A stretch of 32,000 bases of DNA from Nitrosococcus oceani ATCC 19707 (GTDB lineage: Bacteria > Pseudomonadota > Gammaproteobacteria > Nitrosococcales > Nitrosococcaceae): contig NC_007484.1 of the NCBI RefSeq assembly GCF_000012805.1, positions 2,070,001 through 2,102,000 on the forward strand, written 5' to 3'. A program made the position numbers and the translations under genes. This document shows, in pieces, positions 1 through 9,391 of this stretch (position 1 is its first letter; each line of letters starts with the position of its first letter). The notes under the pieces are model-generated. The model made no database searches, was not told the origin of the DNA, and saw only the letters and a list, made by a program, of their open reading frames with translations.

Positions 1-1038
1 GGCTTGCCGTTGGGTTAACCTTTCAGAAAACCCGGCAAAAGGAGCTTCCAGGGGCTGGGCCGAGAGCATGAGTTCCATGCTTGCTTGCCCTCCGCCTACC
101 ACTGTCACTTGATGCCAAGCGGCAAACTTTGTCCCCTCCCCGGCTTCATTAACTGCCTTTTCCTCCCCCTGGATCACATAGCGGTGAAAAGCATCTTTTA
201 CCCAGGGCGAAGGGTTGGGCTGATCCCATAAACGCTGGGCATGACTTTCATTTTCCGTGTAGAGACTCTGGGCAACTTGCCGTCCATAGAGAAAATAGGT
301 TCCCAGGGTGGGATGCACGGCACGCACCGCCCACTCTGCGCCCCCTGGAGCCGGGATCCCCTGCAAGCGGGGTTTTTCCTCTTCCCCACCCCAGGACCAG
401 GTGTTCCGGAACCATAGCGTGGGCAAGAGATGGAGGGTGGCTTCCTCTGGACCACGATTGTGGGCCAGGATCCGCATCTGGATCTGCGCCGGCGTTACCT
501 TGGCATATTGGACCGCCACATCCCAGTAACGGCTATCGTCAAAAACCCCCATATCCAGCAGATTTAACGTAGGCTGCTCCCGGCTTCGCCGGGCGTTTTC
601 CGCCACGATTTGAGCATAAGGATACTCGGCCTGAGGATATTTATAGAGATAATGCAACCAACTATGGCTAGGGGTTCCATCCAGGTAAAAATAGTATTCC
701 TTCACATCTTCCCCATGATTGCCCTGGTTACCGGTCAGACCAAAGGCCCGTTCCTTGAGAATAGGATCGCAGCCATTCCACAGGGCCAGGGCCAAACACA
801 ACCGCTGTTGTTCATCGCAGATACCGCCCATGCCGTCCTCGCTCCAGCGATAGGCTCTGGAGCGGGCTTGATCATGGTCAAAATATTCCCAGGCGGTGCC
901 CGCTGGGCTATAGTCTTCCCGCACGGTGCCCCAGGCCCGCTCGGCCAAGTAAGGTCCCCACAGGGACCAATTCTCCTGGCCCTGGCGCTGAGCGGCAAGA
1001 CGCTGCTGTTCGGCTGGAATTATTTTTTTCTCGGCCAT
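1..1038 (-). CDS. GH63-like glucosidase (MGH1-like glycoside hydrolase). Only the N-terminal 346 codons are present; the 3' end lies beyond the left edge of the window.
   Basis: This ORF is not in the supplied track because it has no stop inside the window. The reverse complement from the ATG at 1038 reads MAEKKIIPAEQQRLAAQRQGQENWSLWGPYLAERAWGTVREDYSPAGTAWEYFDHDQARSRAYRWSEDGMGGICDEQQRLCLALALWNGCDPILKERAFGLTGNQGNHGEDVKEYYFYLDG... and stays open to position 1. The WGPYL.ER.WGTVREDYS and RAYRW.EDG motifs are typical of the approximately 890-aa bacterial GH63 'glucosidase' family. It lies 31 nt downstream of the debranching-enzyme gene on the same strand. Confidence 0.75.
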   Translation of the reverse strand, partial: MAEKKIIPAEQQRLAAQRQGQENWSLWGPYLAERAWGTVREDYSPAGTAWEYFDHDQARSRAYRWSEDGMGGICDEQQRLCLALALWNGCDPILKERAFGLTGNQGNHGEDVKEYYFYLDGTPSHSWLHYLYKYPQAEYPYAQIVAENARRSREQPTLNLLDMGVFDDSRYWDVAVQYAKVTPAQIQMRILAHNRGPEEATLHLLPTLWFRNTWSWGGEEEKPRLQGIPAPGGAEWAVRAVHPTLGTYFLYGRQVAQSLYTENESHAQRLWDQPNPSPWVKDAFHRYVIQGEEKAVNEAGEGTKFAAWHQVTVVGGGQASMELMLSAQPLEAPFAGFSERLTQRQA

Positions 1039-1069
1039 GGGGCGCTCCCGTTATTTTAGTGATTTATCT

Positions 1070-3088
1070 TTAATCTTTAGTCTGTTCAAGCTGCCACCAG
1101 GCTTGGAGTACACAGGCTACCGACCAGGCTTGAGCGGGCGCCCCCCGGGGCCGATGGGGAGGCGCTCCATCGAAAATTTCGCTCACCGTGCCAAGGCCAG
1201 CGTCCAGAAGGTGATCCCCCACAGGCGCAAGCAGATTCTGGGCCGCTGCTCCATCCCCATGGACTCGATAGTGGGCCAGGGCGTAATGGCCCAACAGCCA
1301 GGCCCATACCGTCCCCTGGTGATAAGCCCCATCCCGGGCCCAAACATCCCCCTGATAGTGGGGCTGATAAGCCGGGTGGGCGGGAGAGAGGGAACGCAGT
1401 CCATAGGAGCACAGCAACTCCCGTCCACACTGGCGCACTATCCCAGCCTGGGCGGTGGCATCAAGGGGACTGTGGGGCAAACTCACCGCCAAAATCTGAT
1501 TGGGCCGGACGGCCCTATCCGCTCCTTCAGGTCCATCGATGACATCGAATAAACCCTCCCCTTCCGGCCTTATAAAACGTTGGAAGCCCCGCTGGGTCTT
1601 CCTAGCCAAGTCCCGGTAAGGTAAATCGGACTGGCCCAGTGCTTCCGCCAAGGAGGCCAGGGCCCACAAGGCATTGAACCACAAGGCATTGATCTCCACT
1701 GGCTTGCCCTGGCGGGGCGTGACCACCCATTCACCCACCTTGGCATCCATCCAGGTAAGCTGCAATCCTGGTGCCCTGATAGCAATCAACCCATCCGCCA
1801 GGTCCATGCCAATGCCATGGCGAGTCCCTTGTTGGTATTTCCGCACAATTTCTTCGAGCACCCCAAACCAGCGCTTGAGCGCCATTCGGTCATCCGTGGC
1901 CGCCACATAAGCCCGCCAGGCTTCAATAAACCAAAGGGCACCATCGGCGCTATTATATTCCGGCGTCTCGCCTTTGCCTGGAAACCAATTCGGCAATAGT
2001 CCTTGGTCGATAAACTCGGCAAAGGTCTCCAAAATCCGGCGGGCGCTCTCAAAGCGACCCGTCACCAGGGTCAGTCCCGGCAAGGCGATCATGGTATCCC
2101 GGCCCCAATCCCCAAACCAGGGATAACCGGCGATGACCGATTCCCCCTTCGGGTGGTTAGGGAGAGGGCGGGCAAAAAGAAAGCTATCCGCCGCTAGCAC
2201 TAACCGCCGAATCCAGGAGGGCGCTTTAAATTCCTCTTTAACGCCGGTGCTAGCCCGCCTTAACACCTTTAATTCATGAGCCTGAAAACGCTCCATGGCT
2301 TCTTCCAGGGAAGAAGTCTCTGGCTGGAGACTGGCTACCATGCCTACCCAACCTTTCCAAGACAGACTCAGTTCAGCTTGCCCCACACAAAGATGGCGAT
2401 CACGATCCGGCAGGCCCCGCTCCCGTTCCAGGGAAAGATCAAAATCTTCAATCCAGGAGGACTCTCTGGTTATGGAACCTCCTTGAGCACGAAAATACAA
2501 ACTGAACCAGTGGGGGTGAATCACCCGCAGCCGATCCGCCTCCCCTTCCATCACTGGGCTCAACGCTCCAGGCGAGGCGGTACCGTGGTGATCCCGGGCA
2601 TTCACCAGCAGCTTGAGGCGAAGGCGAACCGAGCCCCCAGAGGAAGAGGAAGACGATGGATTTACCAACCGATAGGCCAAGTAAGTAGTGTGGGCATCTG
2701 GTTCCAGCCAGAGGCGCGCTTCCAGGGCTAGATCACCCACGGCAAAACGCCAAACTGGCATCCGGCCTTGAAGCTCAAAGGATTCCAAATGGACATAACC
2801 CCTTGGATCGACTGCGCCACTTGCCCAGCGGTTAGTAAATAGGGGGATTACCTGGTCCTGGTAAAGTAAACTTGCCTCAGCCTTGGCGAAAACCAGAAAA
2901 CGTCCTAGGGGTGGTGTTAGGGGGGCAATCAGCAAACCATGGTAGCGCCGCGTCAGGGTTCCCGCCACCGTGCCGGCAGCGTAACCGCCAAGGCTATTGG
3001 TCAGCCACCACTCACGCCGTTCTCCCTGTGCAAGGTCGCCGCAGATTTCCCGGCCAAAGCGGATAGGAGGGGGAAGAGTCAAGGTCAT
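1070..3088 (-). CDS. Amylo-alpha-1,6-glucosidase / glycogen debranching enzyme family protein (672 aa)
   Basis: The N-terminus reads ...REWWLTNSLGGYAAGTVAGTLTRRYHGLLIAPL, the typical bacterial GDE N-terminal signature. The C-terminal (alpha/alpha)6 region contains AGYPWFGDWGRDTMIALPGL and WMDAKVGEWVVTPRQGKPVEINALW, which are GDE_C-type motifs. Confidence 0.85.
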   Translation of the reverse strand: MTLTLPPPIRFGREICGDLAQGERREWWLTNSLGGYAAGTVAGTLTRRYHGLLIAPLTPPLGRFLVFAKAEASLLYQDQVIPLFTNRWASGAVDPRGYVHLESFELQGRMPVWRFAVGDLALEARLWLEPDAHTTYLAYRLVNPSSSSSSGGSVRLRLKLLVNARDHHGTASPGALSPVMEGEADRLRVIHPHWFSLYFRAQGGSITRESSWIEDFDLSLERERGLPDRDRHLCVGQAELSLSWKGWVGMVASLQPETSSLEEAMERFQAHELKVLRRASTGVKEEFKAPSWIRRLVLAADSFLFARPLPNHPKGESVIAGYPWFGDWGRDTMIALPGLTLVTGRFESARRILETFAEFIDQGLLPNWFPGKGETPEYNSADGALWFIEAWRAYVAATDDRMALKRWFGVLEEIVRKYQQGTRHGIGMDLADGLIAIRAPGLQLTWMDAKVGEWVVTPRQGKPVEINALWFNALWALASLAEALGQSDLPYRDLARKTQRGFQRFIRPEGEGLFDVIDGPEGADRAVRPNQILAVSLPHSPLDATAQAGIVRQCGRELLCSYGLRSLSPAHPAYQPHYQGDVWARDGAYHQGTVWAWLLGHYALAHYRVHGDGAAAQNLLAPVGDHLLDAGLGTVSEIFDGAPPHRPRGAPAQAWSVACVLQAWWQLEQTKD

Positions 3089-3166
3089 AATATTTTACTC
3101 TAGACCGTACGCGGATTGCTCGCTTGAAGCAGCAAGGGCCTGGGAGCAAAAATCAACGCCCCTTCG

Positions 3167-6100
3167 TTAATCTGAGTTACCAGGGGTTAGCGGCTCAATA
3201 TCCCCCTCTTTATGAACTGGCTTAGGCATCTCGGCTCGCACCCGCACCTGGCGGCGCTCTACAAATGTGCGAACCACAACATAGAAAATGGGTGTGAACA
3301 CAAGGCCAAAAAAGGTGACCCCAAGCATACCACTTAAAACGGCCACTCCAAGGAGTTCCCGGCTTTCCGCTCCAGCCCCCTCGGCGATCACCAGGGGCAA
3401 TACCCCAAAAACAAAAGCAAAAGAGGTCATGAGGATGGGGCGCAAGCGCAACCTGGAGGATTCTACTGCGGCCTTATACCGGTTCAAACCCTGTTTATCC
3501 TGTAATTGCTTGGCAAACTCAACGATTAGGATCGCATTTTTACTCGCCAGCCCGATAAGCACGATAAAACCGATTTGGGTAAAAATATTATTATCCATAC
3601 CCATGAACCAGATCCCCATAATGGCAGACAGCAGACACATGGGCACAATCAGGATCACCGCCAACGGCAACGACCAGCTTTCATACTGGGCAGCGAGCAC
3701 GAGAAAAACGAACAGCACACAGAGGGGGAAGATATAAACGGCGGTATTGCCCGCCAGGATTTGCTGATAAGTCAGTTCCGTCCATTCAAAACCAAATCCC
3801 CGGGGTAATTCACGCTCGGCAATGGCTTCCATCAAAGAAATAGCCTGTCCTGAACTAATTCCAGGCATCGCATCGCCATTTACCTCTGCGGCAGGAAATA
3901 GGTTGTAACGATTGACTTTATCAGGACCCGTAGTTTCTTGAATATCCACTAAGGCGCCAAGGGGCACCATCTCACCACTCACGTTACGGGTTTTCAGCAG
4001 ATAGATATCTTCAGGCTGGTCGCGAAACGCTCCATCCGCCTGGGCTACAACCCGAAAAGTACGGCCAAAAAGATTAAAATCATTGACATAGAGGGAGCCC
4101 AGATAAACTTGCAGGGTATCGAAAACATTACTAAGGGGCACCCCCATGGAGCGCGCTTGGGTACGGTCAATATCCAAATAAATCTGGGGAACATTGGCTC
4201 GGAAGGTGGTAAATAATCCACTCAATTCAGGGGTTTGATTTCCCGTGATAATCACCTGTTCCACCGCATCTTGCAGAGCATGCAACCCACGTCCTCCTTG
4301 ATCCTGGATCTCCATCTTAAATCCGCCGAGGTTACCGATACCCCGCACCGAGGGAGGAGGAAAGACCCCGATAAAGGCTTCCTGGATTTCGCCGAGCCGC
4401 TGCTGGAGCGTTTCGGCAATAGCGTTAGCACCCAAGTTTTCCTCTGTGCGCTCGGAGAAAGGATCTAGAATGACGAAAATAGTGCCCACATTAGGCTGAT
4501 TCCCGCGCATGATCACTGACCATCCCGCCACCGCATTGGTACTCAATATACCCTTCGTATCGAGAATAATTTCGTTGGCCCGACGAAGCACCGCATCGGT
4601 GCGCTCCAGGGAAGCTGCGTCCGGAAGCTGGGCAAAGACAATCAAATAGCCCTGATCTTCCTGGGGAATAAAACCGGTCGGCACTTGGGTAAACCCCAGG
4701 TAGGTGAGCCCTAGCAACCCGCCGTAGATTCCTAGCATCAGCACGCTCATCCGCACGAGGCGGCGAATAAGCAGTGTATATTTAGTCCAAAACCAGCCAA
4801 AAACCCAATTAAATCCCTTAAAAAACCAGCCAAAAAGCCGATCAAGCCAACGCTGTAAAAAATCCTTCTTTTCATCCGGAGACTTCAAAAAAATAGCGCT
4901 TAGAGCCGGACTCAAAGTTAACGAGTTAATGGCCGAAATAATAGTAGCGGCAGCGATAGTCAGCGCAAATTGCTGATAAAATTGCCCCGTCACCCCCGAG
5001 ATGAAAGCAGTGGGGATAAACACCGCCCCTAGCACCAAAGCCATGGCAATGATCGCTCCCGACACCTCCCCCATGGCCTTGAGGGTAGCTTCCCGGCGCG
5101 GCAGGCCCGCCTCCAGGTTACGCTCCACGTTTTCCACCACCACAATGGCGTCATCCACGACAATGCCAATGGCCAGTACCATCGCCGCTAGCGTCAGGGT
5201 ATTGAGGGAGAACCCCAAGGCCGCCAATACCGCAAAGGTGCCAATCAGAGAGACAGGAACCGCCAGCATGGGAATTAAGGTCGCACGCCAATTTTGCAGA
5301 AACACCAGCACCACCACCAACACGATGAGCACTGCTTCAAACAGTACTTTGACCACCGATTTCACCGATTCTTCAATAAAAGTGGTGGTGTCATAGACCA
5401 CACGGTAGGCGATTCCGGGAGGGAAATCCTTGGCTAACCGTTCCATGGTTTCCATCACAGCCTGCTTGGTCTCCAGGGCATTGCTGCCCGGCCGCTGAAA
5501 AATGATGATTCCAACGGTAGGTTGACTGCCGAGATAGAGGTTAGAAGCATAGCTTGCGGCGCCCAGTTCAATACGCGCGATATCACGAACATAGGTCACT
5601 TGCCCCTCAGTGCCGGTTTTAACAATGATCTTGCCAAACTGCTCGGCCTCGGTAAGCCGCCCCATGGTATTAACAGTCAGTTGCAGATCGGTGCTACCAG
5701 GGATGGGGGGTTCGCCTAAAGTACCTGCAGCAACCTGCACATTCTGCTCCCGAATGGCGCGCACCACATCCATTGCTGTCAGTTCACGGGAAGCAAGACT
5801 CTCCGGATCCAGCCAGACCCGCATACTGTAATCACGACCTCCAAACAGGGCGATATCTCCTACCCCCGGCAACCGCGCCAGGGCCTCGCGAACATGGATA
5901 AGGGCATAATTACTGAGGTAGATTTGATCATAGCGTTGATCCGGCGAAATAATATTGACAACCAAACTCAAATCAGGCGAGCTCTTACGCACCGAGATCC
6001 CCATCCGGCGGACCTCTTCCGGCAGCCGAGGCTCCGCCAACGCCACCCGGTTTTGCACCAGCACCTGAGCCTTATCTAGATCAGTGCCCAATTCAAAGGT

Positions 6101-6382
6101 AATGGTGAGCCGAAGCGCCCCATCGTTAGTTGCCTGGGAAGACATATACAGCATGTCCTCAACGCCGTTGATTTCCTGCTCAAGGGGAGTGGCGACGGTT
6201 TTAGCCACCGTTTCTCCACTGGCGCCAGGATAAGTGGTGCTTACGACGACTGTCGGCGGGGCAATCTGGGGATGGCGTTCAATAGGAAGAGTCAGGATAG
6301 CAAGACTGCCGATAATAATAATTAGGATCGATAGTACCGACGCGAATACCGGATGATCCGTGAAAAAACGGGCAAAATTCAT
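3167..6382 (-). CDS. RND efflux transporter permease, HAE1/AcrB-like (1071 aa)
   Basis: The N-terminus MNFARFFTDHPVFASVLSILIIIIGSLAILTLPIERHPQIAPPTVVVSTTYPGAS is canonical for AcrB/MexB-type proteins. It has the 12-TM layout with two large loops, and its length is typical for the family. Confidence 0.95.
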   Translation of the reverse strand: MNFARFFTDHPVFASVLSILIIIIGSLAILTLPIERHPQIAPPTVVVSTTYPGASGETVAKTVATPLEQEINGVEDMLYMSSQATNDGALRLTITFELGTDLDKAQVLVQNRVALAEPRLPEEVRRMGISVRKSSPDLSLVVNIISPDQRYDQIYLSNYALIHVREALARLPGVGDIALFGGRDYSMRVWLDPESLASRELTAMDVVRAIREQNVQVAAGTLGEPPIPGSTDLQLTVNTMGRLTEAEQFGKIIVKTGTEGQVTYVRDIARIELGAASYASNLYLGSQPTVGIIIFQRPGSNALETKQAVMETMERLAKDFPPGIAYRVVYDTTTFIEESVKSVVKVLFEAVLIVLVVVLVFLQNWRATLIPMLAVPVSLIGTFAVLAALGFSLNTLTLAAMVLAIGIVVDDAIVVVENVERNLEAGLPRREATLKAMGEVSGAIIAMALVLGAVFIPTAFISGVTGQFYQQFALTIAAATIISAINSLTLSPALSAIFLKSPDEKKDFLQRWLDRLFGWFFKGFNWVFGWFWTKYTLLIRRLVRMSVLMLGIYGGLLGLTYLGFTQVPTGFIPQEDQGYLIVFAQLPDAASLERTDAVLRRANEIILDTKGILSTNAVAGWSVIMRGNQPNVGTIFVILDPFSERTEENLGANAIAETLQQRLGEIQEAFIGVFPPPSVRGIGNLGGFKMEIQDQGGRGLHALQDAVEQVIITGNQTPELSGLFTTFRANVPQIYLDIDRTQARSMGVPLSNVFDTLQVYLGSLYVNDFNLFGRTFRVVAQADGAFRDQPEDIYLLKTRNVSGEMVPLGALVDIQETTGPDKVNRYNLFPAAEVNGDAMPGISSGQAISLMEAIAERELPRGFGFEWTELTYQQILAGNTAVYIFPLCVLFVFLVLAAQYESWSLPLAVILIVPMCLLSAIMGIWFMGMDNNIFTQIGFIVLIGLASKNAILIVEFAKQLQDKQGLNRYKAAVESSRLRLRPILMTSFAFVFGVLPLVIAEGAGAESRELLGVAVLSGMLGVTFFGLVFTPIFYVVVRTFVERRQVRVRAEMPKPVHKEGDIEPLTPGNSD

Positions 6383-6392
6383 CGATGTACCC

Positions 6393-7613
6393 TTAACCTT
6401 GGCCGGGAGAAAATTCTTTGCCAGCCTCCAAAATAAGTGGCTTAGCGCTGGTTTGGGTAGAAGCCTCCGGGGCCGTCATGGGTGCCAACTGGGGGCTAAC
6501 TTCGATACCTTCCCGGGCCCGTTGGACGCCTTTGATAATGATCCGCTCCTCCGGCTCCAGACCAGCACGAACAATGCGCAAACCATCCACGATAGGACCC
6601 AACTCAACCCGGCGGTAGGCGACCTTATTCTCATCGTTTACCACATAAACGAATTTTTGCCCCTGGTCCTGACTAATCGCCCGATCCGTAATCAATGTGG
6701 CCCGATAGCGGCCACTTCCAGGTATTCGCACCCGGGCGAAAAAACCACCGCTTAACTGATCATCCGGATTAGGGATGACAATCCGAGCGCGTACAGTGCC
6801 GGTAGAGGGGTTTGCCCGGGGCGCAACATAGTCGATAATCCCTTGAAAAGGAAAGTCTTTGTCTGTCGCAAGGCCCACTTGGGCTAGAATTCGCGCATAG
6901 CGTGCACTCACCCGACTACCTTCTTGGTGCAAGCGCCTATACTTAAGCACTGCCCGTTCATCGGCATCGATATAAACATAAATGGGATCAATGGAAACCA
7001 AGATGGCGAGCAAAGTAGCATTACCCTCGCCTCCCCCGATAATCAAGTTGCCCCCATCCACCAACTGCCGGCTAATACGCCCCCCTATGGGCGCCCTGAT
7101 CTCGGTAAAGTTAAGATCAAGGCGAGCAGATTCAACGGCAGCCTGCATTTCCATGACTTCTGCTTGGGCAACCTGCCGCTCGGCAAGCCGTTGATCGTAT
7201 TCCTCACGGGCAATCAGTTTTCTTCCCACCAACTGCTCGGCGCGCTCAAGTTCCGTTATCGCCAAAGTAAGCTGGGCCCGGGCCCGCTTCAAACCCGCCC
7301 GGGCCTGGGCCAGCACCGCCTGGTAAGGACGTTGATCAATGACGAACAGCAAATCCCCTTTCTCAACAATCTTGCCTGGCTCAAAAGCAATTTCATCAAG
7401 ATAACCACTGACCCGAGCGCGGATTTCTACGGTCTTAGCCGCTTCGGTACGCCCTGTATAGTAGTCCCATTCGACGATCTCCCGTTGGATAGGGTGGGCA
7501 ACCGTGACCTCTGGCGGCGGCGGTTCCGAAAGTTGGGGAGTGGGATCATTGCAACCATTTAAACCAAGAAAAATGGCGGCAACAACCCCAGCATGGAAAA
7601 AAGATTTAATCAT
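6393..7613 (-). CDS. RND efflux membrane fusion protein (periplasmic adaptor lipoprotein, 406 aa)
   Basis: A lipobox-like N-terminus (AAIFLGLNGC) is followed by a long coiled-coil hairpin (QAVLAQARAGLKRARAQLTLAITELERAEQL...). The protein shows HlyD/AcrA-type barrel motifs. Its stop is 10 nt upstream of the permease start, consistent with one operon. Confidence 0.9.
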   Translation of the reverse strand: MIKSFFHAGVVAAIFLGLNGCNDPTPQLSEPPPPEVTVAHPIQREIVEWDYYTGRTEAAKTVEIRARVSGYLDEIAFEPGKIVEKGDLLFVIDQRPYQAVLAQARAGLKRARAQLTLAITELERAEQLVGRKLIAREEYDQRLAERQVAQAEVMEMQAAVESARLDLNFTEIRAPIGGRISRQLVDGGNLIIGGGEGNATLLAILVSIDPIYVYIDADERAVLKYRRLHQEGSRVSARYARILAQVGLATDKDFPFQGIIDYVAPRANPSTGTVRARIVIPNPDDQLSGGFFARVRIPGSGRYRATLITDRAISQDQGQKFVYVVNDENKVAYRRVELGPIVDGLRIVRAGLEPEERIIIKGVQRAREGIEVSPQLAPMTAPEASTQTSAKPLILEAGKEFSPGQG

Positions 7614-7672
7614 TAGGGCCTTTTTCTATATTAGCTAGCCAGCCGCTAGCGCTTTTTCTTAGGGCACCTTCC

Positions 7673-8197
7673 TTATACTTCCTTAACGTAACTGGGCGTG
7701 TATCGCCTCATTATGATAAAAAGTGCCAGATATCTGGTAATCAAAAACAAAAATATACCTACCACTACAGCAATAGTAAAAACAATAGGATAGGGAACTT
7801 CCGCTATTATCTCAAAAAGAATTTCCATGGTCGAAGGCCGCTCGGTAGCATAGAAAGGGTCATATTTCTGGATAATTTCTCTCTCTTGAAACATCAGTTC
7901 AGTAAGCCTTTCATCCAGTTGCTCTACCCTTTCCGGATCGGAACCTGGATTTATTTTGACTCTAAGAAATTGGAGATAGGTGTTACGGAAATCCCTTCCA
8001 ATATTGTTAAGCAGATCTTTATCTATATCAGTAATTCGGCTATGTATCGTAGTCGAGGAGTCCGACCGTGAAGCTAACCACATACTAGTAAGCGTTGCCG
8101 AGCCAATAATAGCGACTATTATTGGAATAATTAGCAGCCACATCCTCATTAACTTGCTGAGGTCGGCACTGCTGATACTCTTCTTCTTTCTGTCCAT
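7673..8197 (-). CDS. Hypothetical membrane protein. Two predicted TM helices flank a helical domain of about 100 aa.
   Basis: A 174-aa ORF in an AT-rich stretch. The hydrophobic segments are LLIIPIIVAIIGSATLTSMWL and IVFTIAVVVGIFLFLITRYLALFII. I recognise no family motif. Confidence 0.5.
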   Translation of the reverse strand: MDRKKKSISSADLSKLMRMWLLIIPIIVAIIGSATLTSMWLASRSDSSTTIHSRITDIDKDLLNNIGRDFRNTYLQFLRVKINPGSDPERVEQLDERLTELMFQEREIIQKYDPFYATERPSTMEILFEIIAEVPYPIVFTIAVVVGIFLFLITRYLALFIIMRRYTPSYVKEV

Positions 8198-8604
8198 TAA
8201 TTACCTTCTTTAGCATAATAATTTAGAGTTTGACTTTCCCAAGGCCTATTTACCCATAATCATTTAAGATCAGGAAAAGACCCCTCGCTAGGCCAGCTTC
8301 CCTGGCCTTTTGCGCCAAAAGCTTCCATAGACCACCAACTATCTTCCCCCGGCCCAGCAGCGAAGCATTTGGCAGGCGTCCTCTGTGCTATTGTCGCTCG
8401 GCCTTGCCAGCGTTGCAATCGTGCCACATTGAGCGAGGCTGTCCAATCTCTTTCGTATTTTTCAACGTAAATCTAACCTAGAAGAGGCTTTAATAACCCT
8501 GCCCCTGCTCCCCTTGGCGGTGGACCAACTTGCCTCTGGCGGCCGCTTCGCTATCCTCTAGCAATTAAGGCGTCAAAAAACCTGAATTCAAAAGGAGAAC
8601 CGAA

Positions 8605-9126
8605 ATGAATGATCCACGCATCACCATCATGCAAGGTGATATTACGAAAATGGAGGTGGATGCCATTGTCAACGCCGCTAATCAAACTCTTTTAGGGGGG
8701 GGAGGCGTGGATGGGGCCATCCACCGGGCCGCTGGGCCAGAACTCAAGGAGGAATGCCGGAGCCTAGGCGGCTGCAAGACGGGAGAAGCTAAACTCACCA
8801 GGGGATACCAGCTCCCAGCAAGATACATCATTCACACGGTCGGCCCTATCTGGAAGGGAGGTCAGCATAACGAGGATCAACTTCTAGCCCAATGTTACCG
8901 AAATAGCCTAAAGATTACGCTAGCAAAGAAGATTTCAACACTTGCCTTTCCTTCTATTAGCACCGGCGCCTACGGCTTTCCCCTTGAGCGGGCTTGCCGG
9001 ATCGCCCTTCAGGAGGTGAAGGCATTTCTTGACCAAAATCCCGGGATCAAGCAAATCTATTTCGTCTGTTTCTCTGAAAAGGATCTTAAAAAATATCAAG
9101 AAGCATTTCAAACGATGTCAGCATAA
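8605..9126 (+). CDS. ymdB: Macro-domain protein, O-acetyl-ADP-ribose deacetylase (YmdB-like, 173 aa)
   Basis: The motifs QGDITKMEVDAIVNAANQTLLGGGGVDGAIHRAAGP, IIHTVGPIWKGGQHNEDQLL and AFPSISTGAYGFP align closely with E. coli YmdB. An AGGAG Shine-Dalgarno sequence lies 7 nt upstream of the ATG. Confidence 0.9.
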   Translation: MNDPRITIMQGDITKMEVDAIVNAANQTLLGGGGVDGAIHRAAGPELKEECRSLGGCKTGEAKLTRGYQLPARYIIHTVGPIWKGGQHNEDQLLAQCYRNSLKITLAKKISTLAFPSISTGAYGFPLERACRIALQEVKAFLDQNPGIKQIYFVCFSEKDLKKYQEAFQTMSA

Positions 9127-9391
9127 GGACAGACCGGCAAAGCATTCCTCTACATAATGTTGAGGATAGCGGGGTAATCAGCGATATTCAGAAAACACTC
9201 CGTAAACTACTCGCCCGCTCCCCTCTCCAGAAAGTCAAAAAACAGACACCGGGGATTTTCAACCACGCCTTTACCCATCTCAGCCAAGGGTTAGAAGAAA
9301 TTAGAGACGGGCTTAATTTGAGGAGATCCACGAAGCGGTAAGCAAGGCGACACCATAAGCTCCACGGCAGTAACAATATCCCTAGGCAATT

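Noticed and set aside
610-1552. Plus-strand ORFs 610..1059 and 1037..1552 (149 and 171 aa)
   Set aside because: They lie antisense to the strongly motif-supported GH63-like and debranching-enzyme genes. Their translations are Pro/Gly/Arg-rich shadow frames with no recognisable motifs.
2276-2731. Plus-strand ORF of 151 aa inside the debranching-enzyme gene
   Set aside because: It is an antisense shadow ORF in a GC-rich gene, with no ribosome-binding site and a low-complexity translation.
6924-7562. Plus-strand ORF of 212 aa. Similar cases are 3288..3737, 5001..5396 and 6360..6755.
   Set aside because: All are antisense to the RND permease or adaptor genes, which have unambiguous family signatures. 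These are typical long shadow frames.
7634-7660. Hairpin GCTAGC-CAGCC-GCTAGC followed by GCTTTTTCTT, considered as an intrinsic terminator
   Set aside because: The stem is only 6 bp. The T-tract is on the plus strand, where no upstream plus-strand gene exists. On the minus strand, downstream of the orphan gene, no T-tract follows.
9127-9391. A start-less plus-strand frame (..DSGVISDIQKTLRKLLARSPLQKVKKQTPGIFNHAFTHLSQGLEEIRDGL..) and the 62-aa minus-strand ORF 9188..9376, between ymdB and the M48 gene
   Set aside because: The plus-strand frame has no initiation codon or ribosome-binding site, and neither frame shows a recognisable family. It may be a gene remnant, but I cannot support that.
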